From positions 1,522,673 to 1,581,540 of the forward strand of contig NW_004797276.1 in the NCBI RefSeq assembly GCF_000002075.1: a stretch of 58,868 nt of DNA, written 5' to 3'. The position numbers and the translations under genes were made by a program. The notes under the pieces were generated by a model. The model searched no databases. It saw nothing but the letters and a program-made list of their open reading frames with translations, and was not told the origin of the DNA. Positions 35,075 to 46,500 of this stretch are shown here, in pieces (positions within the stretch are counted from its first letter, which is position 1; each line of letters starts with the position of its first letter). This stretch comes from Aplysia californica (Eukaryota).

Positions 35075-38000
35075 TCAAACTCGACTTAAGTTTGTTGTGC
35101 TGTAGATGTGTTCTTCAGAATTGTCATGAGCACGTGGGGTGGAGGCCTTGCCTTGAATTCTGTACGATGAAACTGATGATGCATTGGCATATGTGTTATC
35201 ATCATCATCTGCTTCCAAGATTTCTCCAAGCTTCCGAGCAACGGAGGCAATGGAGGGCCGAACTTCATTCTCTAGTGACCAACATGTCCGTAGCAAGTCG
35301 TAACTGTGGACAGATATTTGAATGCATTTCAAGTTTTTCATTGTTAGAATACTATGTACAAAGAAGTATGGGAAGGTAGGGGAATTCCACACCCCCACTT
35401 ACAGCCCTTAGAACCAACAGAAATCTGTTTGACATTCAGCTTTTATCATTTGCTTCTGTCTGCCATGTTTTATTTTTCAATTTAGCTTTAATTTCTCATA
35501 TGTCTGTCTTTTTATTTTCATTTTGGCATGTGTGCTCATGTGGGTGTGGAATTGCCCCACAATATTACATTTTTAATTAATTTGAAAAATGAAAGTATGG
35601 GGATGCTGATATTGTAGAATTCATATTATGTTTTGTTTCCTAACTTATCAGACCAAAAGTAAAACTATTGGGGAGGATGTGTCCTCTTTCTACATAAAGT
35701 AACATCGATAACACTTGTCTCACAATCCAATTGAAAAGTATGGTGTGGAATTCCCAGATAATTATAAGTTGCCTAGTTAAAACAATTCAACAAACATACC
35801 GGGTAGCAAAAATAGTATTTGCAAACCTCCCTAAAGTTGTTGGCAACTTTCATTTTAAAAACCTTGAAGTATATTAAGATAATGCAAAAGTGTTAAGGAA
35901 AATTAAGTGAATCTCCAAAAACCAAAGGGCACTCTACTCTGATATGCCGTAAAACCTCCACTAAAACAAAACAAAAAATATGAAGATGGCTTCCAATAAA
36001 AGTTTAGAAATACTTTTCGAGCCTTTGAAAAATAATGAGAAAAAAGAAAAGAAAAGAAAAAATACCTGTGAATCATTACAGCCTAACATCACTATTCTAT
36101 TGAACATGACGGAATGTGTGTTTTACTTACACATCATTAGAAAGAGTCTCAGGCTTTCCAAGGATGTAGCCCTGTAGAATATACTCTCTGACATCATCAG
36201 CTTCTGTCACCTCATGGAATGGTAAACACCCACGCGTCAGAAGTTCCCACACCAGGACAGCAAATGACCACTGAGGAGAGAATTCACACACTTCATGAGT
36301 TTCTTGGAACAGTATGAGTACCATGGAAGTTTATCTGGAAGAAAATACAGCATTACTATTGCAATGGCTTGTTCTACCTTCTGGCTGTAATCCTTTGAGC
36401 TCTTAAAAATTTGTCATTCATGCCTACAGCGTCTGAGCATCTGAGCCTCCTTAGATTTGACTGCTAGAACTAGATTTGCACACTACAACAAATTGTCGCC
36501 TATCTTTAGAACGGAGAAAGGTAGTAATCAGTAGTAAAGGTGAATTATTACACTTGCACTCACTACTCACTGGGCAACGTTTAAACACCATCTGAGTTAT
36601 CTTATCTCGGACATTAGATGAAAAGAATGCCATGGCTTTATATAACAACAGAAAAGACACTGAACATACAAATACAAGTTCAGTGTGAGGGACAGAAATG
36701 TCTGCATGAATGGCGTTGGAGAATGAAATCATCATCTTCCTGAAGCATAGGTTCTGACGCTTAAATTAGTTACACTTCACTGTTTGCTGTGTCTTTCTAC
36801 TCCAGCTCAACAGAGAAAGGAAATCAAAACACTGCTCTACCAAACCATGTTTGGGATTGTACACTGAAGTCACGGATCACTAAAACCTACCAATTGTATG
36901 GAAAATAGGAGATACTAAGCATGAATGAGTTCAAATAACACACTGTGGTATGAAGGGACAGATAATGCAGTTCTTTGAGAGCGTGTCCAGAGATATGTTC
37001 TACTCTCACAGAGTTATAGGTATCATCTTAAAGCTTGCTGATTTATCATGCTTTTGTTGAAAAAAGTACCCATCTATCTTCAATAGAAGTCAAGATATTC
37101 GCGATTGAAGGAAGTGGGGGTGGGGAAGGAGGGGTGTCACCTGGTTTTAGAGGTAAAATTAGCGAGAAAATGGTCGCCAAAGTTTGGCGACTTCCATAGC
37201 TTGAGAGTCCTTGTAAATGGAAAATTTACATTTTTTGTGTGCCAATGTATTTCAGTAAAAGCCGCATGTAAATGTGTTTTTAAGTGGGCATAAAAAGTTT
37301 TGAGTTAAAAACAAAAATTTGAGAAAAATTACGATATCTTCGATTTAATTTCATTATTATTTTATCGAGCGCCTGATTTCACCACGATGCTTCACATTTC
37401 TTGTTGCTATTTGCACTAGCCATAATAAATTTTACAATTGGAGAAAAAAAAAAGTGATAATACAGACTCCTGTCACCCCTTCTGGTAGCTGTCTATTTGT
37501 TCTGTCATTGTACATAAGACTTGAGACCTACCATGGAAGGCTGTACATTCTATAAACAACAACAATAAAACAAAAACAAAATACAGCCATTCAGCTTACC
37601 ACATCTGTTCTGCTGTCATAGTAACCATCACTGATGCTCTCTGGAGCCATCCATCGCAAGGGCAAATAGCGTTCTCTCTGATCATCATAGACATATTCAT
37701 CAGGGTAAAAGTCCCAGGAGAACGCTGCATCACCCAGCTTCACAACAGAAACGTCATCCAAGCTGAAATAATACCAAACACAAATTGATAAGTTCCAACT
37801 AGAAATAGTCATTGATATTTAGGGGAAAGTCATCTGTTCTAATACTGTAATACCATTAGCTTAAAGTTTCAATTTCAGCAAAACAAGCAGACACCAGTGA
37901 AAATCACATAAGACTGTGCGGTATCATGGTGAAATCAGGCACTCATCAAAATAATGAAATCGGAGAACCTGAATTTTTATTCTGCCCATGTAGCAATTTT

Positions 38001-40501
38001 CACCTCTCTCTTTGAAAACTTTTTTTTGGCTCAACACTTTTTATGTCCATTTGAAACCACATTTCTGTGTGGATTTTACTGAAAAATATTTACCAAAGGC
38101 TAAAAAAATATAAATTCGGAGTTTCCCAGGAAGCTCAAGCTTTGGAAGTCACCCAAATTTCGTGGCCTTTTTCTGGTTAATTTCACCTCTACTTCCTTCA
38201 TATGCAAATAGCTTGACTCATGTCCCTGATAGACAGATAGGTATTTTTTAAAATCAAAGCAAGACAAATGAACAAGTTTTAAAATGATACCAATAACTTC
38301 AGATGCCAAAAAATGCTCAGCACCTGATTTCACAATTGTTAAGAAACTGTAGACACTGTTCCTTTTTACTTTTTTCCACAGAAGAAAAGAAAAAGGGTTG
38401 TCCATTCAATACCGACTACAAGAGTACATTGAGAGACACAACAGCTGTCTAGGTCAAACAATAGCACATCCCTTTCTGTGCCACCTTACAATAACAATAA
38501 TTTGACTCATATAGTGAGGTCAAATATACATGGATTATGGCTGGTGCCTCTATAAATAAATCATTGTTGGTCAAGGTCAAGTGAGGTCACAATAATTTTG
38601 AATGAACTTCTTCCCAACTTACAAACAATTTCGGGCTGCCACATCTTTATGTGTAATGTCTTTAGAGGCCAGGAAATCAATTCCCTCTGCAACTTGTTGA
38701 CTGAAAGCAAGCAGCTGCCTCACACTGAATTCCTGTACGAAGAAAAAAAGAAAACAAGGGAAAGGAAATGAGTGGGGTTATGTTCCACAAGGTATCTCTA
38801 TGAATGAATGGTGTTAAGATCTGACATAAAGAAAGGTACTTCGAAATATTTCAAGTTATACAGAGAAATTATATGTGTGAACTTGTAGTCCGAAGAAATA
38901 AAGGTTTGACACATGGTCTCATATCTTTTAGAAATGTACAAAAAATGAATATCTTTACATAGAGGTATAAATGCGTGTCATCAGAAATTTAAAAAGGGAA
39001 TGATATTTCACCATGATGCAAAAACTATTTATAGAGTATGCTGAAAGATCTATTTTAGTCAATTTTTACCATCTGTAACGACATGTCCTCAATACATCGC
39101 CTGCAGAGCATGAGCTTTCTAGACTAGTCCCAATAAAAATATTTATCTAAAAATAGCTGAGTCACAATATGAATCTTACTCAAATGGTTATCATCTATAT
39201 AATTTTTGTCAAAAAAACATTAATTGTTTCATAAAGCATTCGCCTGCAAGCAAATTGATTTGTTTTTGTTTTCCATAAAGCAGCTGATGTTTAAAAATAC
39301 TTCTCACCAGTCAAAGAGACTTCTACAGCACTTACCTTATCAGTGTTTGAAATGACAGCTTTCAGTGTACCCTGAACCATATGAGGGTACAATATATGAA
39401 AACGTTGTTTGTCCACACCAATCCCATAGATACTGAGAACATGTGTATGGGTATAGCGACGTAACCTAAGACACTCGCTTAAGGCCTGGTTGGCCCAGAG
39501 AGGCAGAAGAGAGTCTGAAGAGAATAAAGTAATAAAGTTAATTTTTAAAAGGTAATACTAATAGTTTTGAAAACAAGGTTCAAAAGTATGTGATCATTCA
39601 CTGTATGGTCTGTACAAACAAAACTGGGTTATCACTCAGCACAAAAAGGATTTCTTCAATCCACCCATTTGTAATGAAAGGAACATAGAACTTGTGCAGA
39701 GAATTCTACAATATGATAAAATAGTTTCAAAGCCACACAGCAAACTCTAAATACTGCAACTTTTAAAAAACTGTTATACTTTGAGCAACCAAATTAGATT
39801 TATCGATACCTTGAGCAACTGGTTCTGTCAGACTTTTTATAGTCAGCTTCATCACAGGCTTCCCATTCTTTTGTATGGCTCCATCACACAGAATGGCTTG
39901 CTTCCCTGTGAGTTAGAAAGACCAAATATGTTTTTATTCTGTACAATGGCAATGGCCATAATGTCATAAATGTTGCAATGCCAATGGCTGTTACAGTATT
40001 TTTTTCAACAATAACTTACCAGTTGAAAAACTGATTACTTCAAGAGTATGTTAGTATTATGTGAAATGAGACCATGATAGTACAGACTATCAGTATTTCG
40101 GAGAAAAAACAGGAAAAAAATTTACTCAAATTTACTGCCAAAGTGATACACATGCAAATTGGAGACTGCATTATGGCAAAGAGATGAGAGTAAAAAATTA
40201 TGAGAGACTACTGAGGAGACCTGAATCTGGCACTGAACATATGGCACAGTAGTGTGCTCTATGAAGTTCTTACCTTTGAATATTGGATTACGTCCTAAAT
40301 TAAAATGTCCCCTTCCCACATAGCATAAGCTGACATCCTCTCTCAACCCTGGCTCTATATGGGGCAAGAAGTCCTCCATTAATACAGCATCCTCAGCACT
40401 GGAATTGACAATGCCCTTCTTTGGTTCCTTGATGACTGTTTCCATATGGATATTGCCATGAAAGCCGTTGGAAGTTGGTGGTTGGTCCATGACGCTGTTC
40501 A
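35075..40501 (-). CDS. Receptor exons 17-23: juxtamembrane region, tyrosine kinase-like domain with degenerate motifs, C-tail
   Basis: [12 protein letters not shown] (degenerate Gly loop), LTIKSL (beta3 Lys), LSEC (alphaC Glu), [97 protein letters not shown], tail TYANAS and HIYSTT, stop at 35075-35077. Confidence 0.92.
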
Positions 40502-43500
40502 CTGGAATGACAAACACAAACAAAATATACATATTAAAAAAATATCAAGCCTATCATAGAGAACATGTCACCTATACATTTCACTTTTTAGCTCCAGAGC
40601 CCTTCATACCATAATTTTGAGTGAATCATTTAAAATTGTTTTAAATATATGACACAAATAACTGAACAAAAAACTTTTCAAACTCAAGCAGAATCCTGAA
40701 CGTTCATCATCGGTCTGTGCACTGCTGCCTGTTTCTTTTGATGTCCCAATTAATAATCTATAGCTTCAAACTTTGACTCACATTCTGCGTAATCGTTCAT
40801 ACTACGAGGCTCAGAAGCGACCAAGTTCTTGTGATCCAAGTTGTCAAGTGTTGGGGGTGATTTCTTATTCCTCCTATACCGGCAGCAACAACAAATTATG
40901 ATGATGCCAATTACAATGAGAATCACAGCAGCAACACAGCTGATGATGATGATAAACCCAGTTGTCTCATAAAACTCCAGGTATTCCACGGTGCCAACAA
41001 CCCTTTCAATGTTCCCAATAGAAATCTGGGGACACAAAAAAAGAGGAAAGTCACACAGTCATAATAATATTAATGCATCTTTTAATTAGGTAAGTAAAGT
41101 TGAAAGATTCAACTTGTGAGCTCCATCAATCAAAGCCTCTTTCTAAACTACTTGGTCATAATTCTCAACTTTGTTGGATGATATGAAAAGATGCTTCCTC
41201 CTTTTCTCAAGGTGCACAAAGGCCAGTTAGTGTGTACTGCAGAAAAAAAATAGATATATACCTTTCTGTAAGAGGAAAAGTACTATCCTTTTAACACTGT
41301 AAACAAAAAGTATATAATGAAATGCTTAAGAGACCCATTATGGCTCTATAAACTTACACATATTCAACCTGGGTAACAAAACATCTCAACTTATTTGTGT
41401 ATAAAAGTTTGCAAAATTTAAAAAAAATAGAATCTACTTAAATTAGGGCGGAAGCCTTTTTTGTTCCAGCCTTACCTTTATTTCATGTGACCTTTTCCCA
41501 TTTGGAGCAGACTTAGGTGGTGAGCATTCTATCCCTGAGTTGGAAATACTCTTAATATCACAGTGTACAACACCAAGCAGCACTTTGTAGTTGTTGTCAT
41601 GGCAACCATTCAATAGACGTTTTCCCTGCAGAAGAAAATGCATTAAGCTTCAGAGACTTGAGAACATACCCCTTTGTATCTTTCCAGGAAACTAATTTTT
41701 ACCAAGGCACACATACTTTTTCAACCCATTTCTAGCAATCATACAATTTCAAAGGTGAACAATGGATGAGAATAAAATAAACACAATAATTAATGTAAAC
41801 TTGACTGGCAACAAGATAAAGTTTTAAAGTGTAGAAGCCAGTTGAGAACTTTGCTATATTATATTACTTATGTTAGTAATCCTTACAGCACCGGGTTATA
41901 TTTAGCCCTGACTTCCTTTAGGCCCAGTAATTCTTGAATCTTGGACTCCTCGGGCTCAGCTAGCACGTACTGACCAAGTCTGCAGATTTCTTTTGCCGAC
42001 ATTAAAAGAAACTTATACTGCTTTTGATAAAGTTTATAAACATAACATGTCTTCAGACAACTGGATAGACGACTAAAATACTCGACTATTTTTGAGGTTC
42101 ACAGCTCCCTGTAAGGGAAAGATATACAACTGGGCCAAAGCACTGTAAACTACTATGTTTTTAAAACAGTGAAAAAAAAAATTCATTTGCAATGTTCTGA
42201 TTCGTTTGGAATTCACTGAACAAAAAAGAAATTAGGAAAACAATTGTAAAATCAAAAACACATGGATTCTATAGCAATAGATGATAATTTAAAGAGGAAA
42301 CATTTTTATAAATCATGACTTACTGAAAGTGAGATTGTTGTCTCAAATGGATATTGAAACTTTATAGTTCCTTTGTAATCAAAGACTGGGTCGTCAACAA
42401 CTTCAAGGTTTCCGATGTTAGAAAATGACAGGCCATCAAAGACTGCTGTCATCTTATATTGATCACTTGGATTATTTGGTAAGGACAAATTTTTTAGATC
42501 TGGTGTTCCACAGATGACATCACTGTCAACATGTCTGCAGATCTGAAAAAAGAAAGAACAGAGGGAGAGAATGAACATTGATGGAAATCGTTATAAATTA
42601 TGGGAAACCAAAAGGCTGTTTTCACATACTTAACATGATATTTTGAGTACTCAACAAAAAATTAAAGAGAATACAATTATACATATACACTTTCCTTTTC
42701 CTTTAACTCATTCGCTACGTATTATTTTCGGCTTACGGGCGAATTTTTTTTTGGGAAGTCGAAATGAGATGATGACTAGTGCGCAGTTCAAAGGTCTTTG
42801 AGGCTACAAATTCAAATAAATATTAACATATTATACACCAAAATTTTTAATATGATTTGTAAAATATATCTGTAATGTTTATTTGTGCATGTTTCAACAT
42901 TTGTTCCTGTAAGAGGCGATTACGTAACACAATTTTGCTTGGATTCGGATAAAATTTGAAAATAAAAAATTTACCATCTTCGGTGAAACTCAAAAAATAT
43001 GTTTGCACCGAGTCAAATGATACATCCAAATAACCATAAATGATTATGGAGCTGTAAAATATTGAAAAATTTGTAGTCATTTATATACATTTCATAAAAT
43101 TTGCACATTTGGATTATGATAACCGACATTGAAAAAAAAAAATTTTTAATCTTAAAAAATGGACAAGATGCATTCACAAACAGAAAAAGAACACTCGTAT
43201 CGTATATGGAATTATTCAGAATTGCATTTAGAATAAACCTACACATGTCTTGAGTGGTACTTTCACAAAAAAATAGTGATTTTCTGGAGAAAAAAATAAT
43301 TTGACAATAGCACTGAAAAATATTGATTTCTCAATAACAGAGCAATGGCAATTTGGGCCCAATCGTATAAATATTCTAAAAAAGAGTCCTACATTTCTTC
43401 AGTGTGCAAAATAATGATATATTTTGTTGTGAAAAAGTAGTAAGACTGGCGTCTGGGCGATAACTTGAGCATCGCGATAAAACAAAGTCGCATAAATTTC

Positions 43501-46500
43501 GAAATCGTGTTTCAAAACTGAATCAAAACTTTCGATTTTCAGTGGAAACACTTGACTTGAAAGTCAACATTATATTACGACCTTTATTTTAACATGTAAA
43601 TGTGGATTGGAATAGAATCTAAGCTAAAATTGAACGTCGGTTCTCGAGCCGCCGGTGGCGGCTTAGCGAACTGACGGGCACTTTAGCCGCGCCGTCCCCC
43701 ACAGCTTGGCACAGTGAATGAGTTAAATCACAATTAACTCAGAATTCAGAACATTTTTCATTTAAACAGTTTTTAATGGCTGGTACAATTAATGTCAGTT
43801 ACAACATCAAAAAGTAAAAACTTTTGAGAATCCCGTAACATTTTAGGTACAGTACACACGAGGTTATTTAAAAGACGTTAAGTTACATCTTCCTCCAGGT
43901 CAATTCAACTTGCTGAAAAGCGTGGATTGTCCAAGAAACACAAAATAAAAGACAGACAGGTTTTCTCAACATGGACTTACAGACACTGCAGAACTGTCTG
44001 GATTCCCTACTTTCTGGACACTCAGTTTTGGGTACTGCACACTCTCCAAATTGGTGCCAGAAAGTTGTATTAAGCATCCTCCACTGAGAATAAAACCAAT
44101 AAAACAAGATGAAAAATAGGACTAAAATCAGCACATCAGCAGACTGACAACAATATCACATTAACAGTCATAAGAACAACATAAGCCAGAACAAAACAGC
44201 AAATGGCTCAAACTTCAATGGAATAAACATACAGGATTAACATCATGCAAGCAGCCGCTACTTTCTTACAGGAGAGGCTGAAAAGTTCTCTAAGAGTCAA
44301 ATTAAATAAAATGCTACTCGAGATCTCTATTCCTCTCCAAATGAAGAGGTTCCTGCAATATTAATATAAAACTTTGAGAATCTGATATCTATGGTAATTC
44401 AAAAGTCTACCTGATGAATGTAGTGAGACCAGCTCCTGTGCGTGGGTTCACTACAGGGTTGGGTCTGAAGCTGAACGATGTATTGAGGTCTAGAGGAACA
44501 TCCACCTGTTTCCAACTGAGTTTGACGGGAACACTCTTTGGTCCTGTGGTGCTGGGTAGGGCTACAGTTTTGAACACCAAGGCACTGTCATCACTGGAGA
44601 TGAAAGTAACAAGTGATAGATAAGTAACAAGATATTATAATTTTCATCATGACAATCACAATGACCTCAAGACAGAAATTTATCTTACTTTAAAAAAGAG
44701 AATAATCTAGTAAGTTGAAGATAAAAAAAAAATATGAACAATAATTGCCCCCTTAAAATTATTTGAGTCTAGGCAATGGATTCAAGACTATTTCAAAAGC
44801 AAATCTTTTCCACTGTCTCTTGATAGTTCAATTGCTTGCTGGTATTCATCCAAATAGCAATATCATAACCTGGATTTCAAGAAATCTATCTTGGCGAGAT
44901 GTGTAGGCCAATCATATTAGATTAAAGTAACCTTCTCTAACAAATAGTATCCGTACAGACAGTGGTGTCTTCGGGACTGTTAGCCTAAAAAAAGCAATAA
45001 AAAAAAGAAAAGAAAATGCTGATAAATGGAAAGAAAATTATTTTGTGGGAGTTTTTGTCCTTCAAACCCAGAAGTTAAATCACCCACAACAAATTTCTTT
45101 TAGTATCTCAAACAATGCACAGTGGAACAATTTTTCTCTTCTTTAAAGGGGTTATTAGTGACTGAGAAAGCGAATTTTTAAAGTGATAAAACTGCTGCTC
45201 CCTATAAAGAGCTCATAACAATATAAATTCAATGTACTTTTTAAAAATATTCAGGGTCCAACGTACATGTTCAAAAGAGCTGAAACCTTCACTTCGCAAG
45301 CTTAATTACAAAAACCAATGTCATCGCCATTCCACAACCGCTGTCATAATCATCAATATTTGATTTAAAGAAGAAAACAGAGGAGGAAAATCAAGTGAAA
45401 GAAGTGGAAGCATACTACTTACTGCTCACAATATGAGGTATTAGTAGCTATATATTACTGGAGCAGTTGTTGATAAAATCTCATACTTCTGAGTCATGAA
45501 TTCAATTAGTATCCTTATAAGTTTCTGCTGTGTCATCCAGTTGGAAAATAAGATGAACAAATATTATTTGCGGCCACTTCAAAATTGCTCAGCCACTGAG
45601 GAACATTGTCCTCATGTTGATTCAATCTGTAAGGAAAACAATTTCAAATTTCTCACAGAACTCTACTGCTATATACACTGGAAATTAGCCAGGATAGCCA
45701 CTCATTGTCAAAGAGATAAATGGTTGTCTTAGGCAGGTGGACAGTATCATTATAATGTAGAAAAAACCCACAAGGCTGGAAGTGATCAGGTAACTGTCTT
45801 GGACAGGTGACCGTTAGAGCAGGTTCAACTGTAATTGGGAAATCTCTCTAACAGTTTGTAGTCTGATTCATGGCAGGTATAAGGCACCATAGTATCATTA
45901 CTGCCGGTGTGTTGAAGATGCACCACCTACAAGTGAAGATATAAGAACTTTAAAGCCACCATTATTATGATCTTTCACTCAGTATTTCCACCAGCCCTGT
46001 TCATTATGGACCTATGACCTGATGCTGAATATTCTTTGCCAGTTTTAGCCAGCTCTTTCCTCCTCTAGAATACAGTAAAGGATTCAATGTATTTTAATTG
46101 ACGGGGAAGCAGTCTCTTTAAAAAAAAAGGAGCCCAAAGGGATTTTAAAAAATTTACTACATCACAAAAGACATGCAAGCCAAGTACACATAAGCTGAAA
46201 GCCCATTTCTAAAATCTTACAGATCAAAAACTGCTTGCTGCACATTTCCAATGAAAAGTGATGGATTGTGGGTTTCGTTTCCAAGTAATATTCCCCTGAC
46301 AGTGACAAGGGTACCCCCTTTGAGAGGGCCATAGAGGGGTTTCACATCCAACACCTGCGGAGACTAAAGAAAAATTTTGGGTTTAATTAAAACTACATCT
46401 TTCTTTAATATCAAAGTTTGACTGTGAAAATGAATACAAAGGAAATAAAGATAAAGTCACTCTTAAACAAAAGTAAAGGCAACACCAACACCACCAACGA

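Noticed and set aside
45485-45626. Extra receptor exon with AG/GT boundaries
   Set aside because: Stops in all three minus-strand frames; flanking exons 46221 and 44593 already join in phase to complete IPT1.
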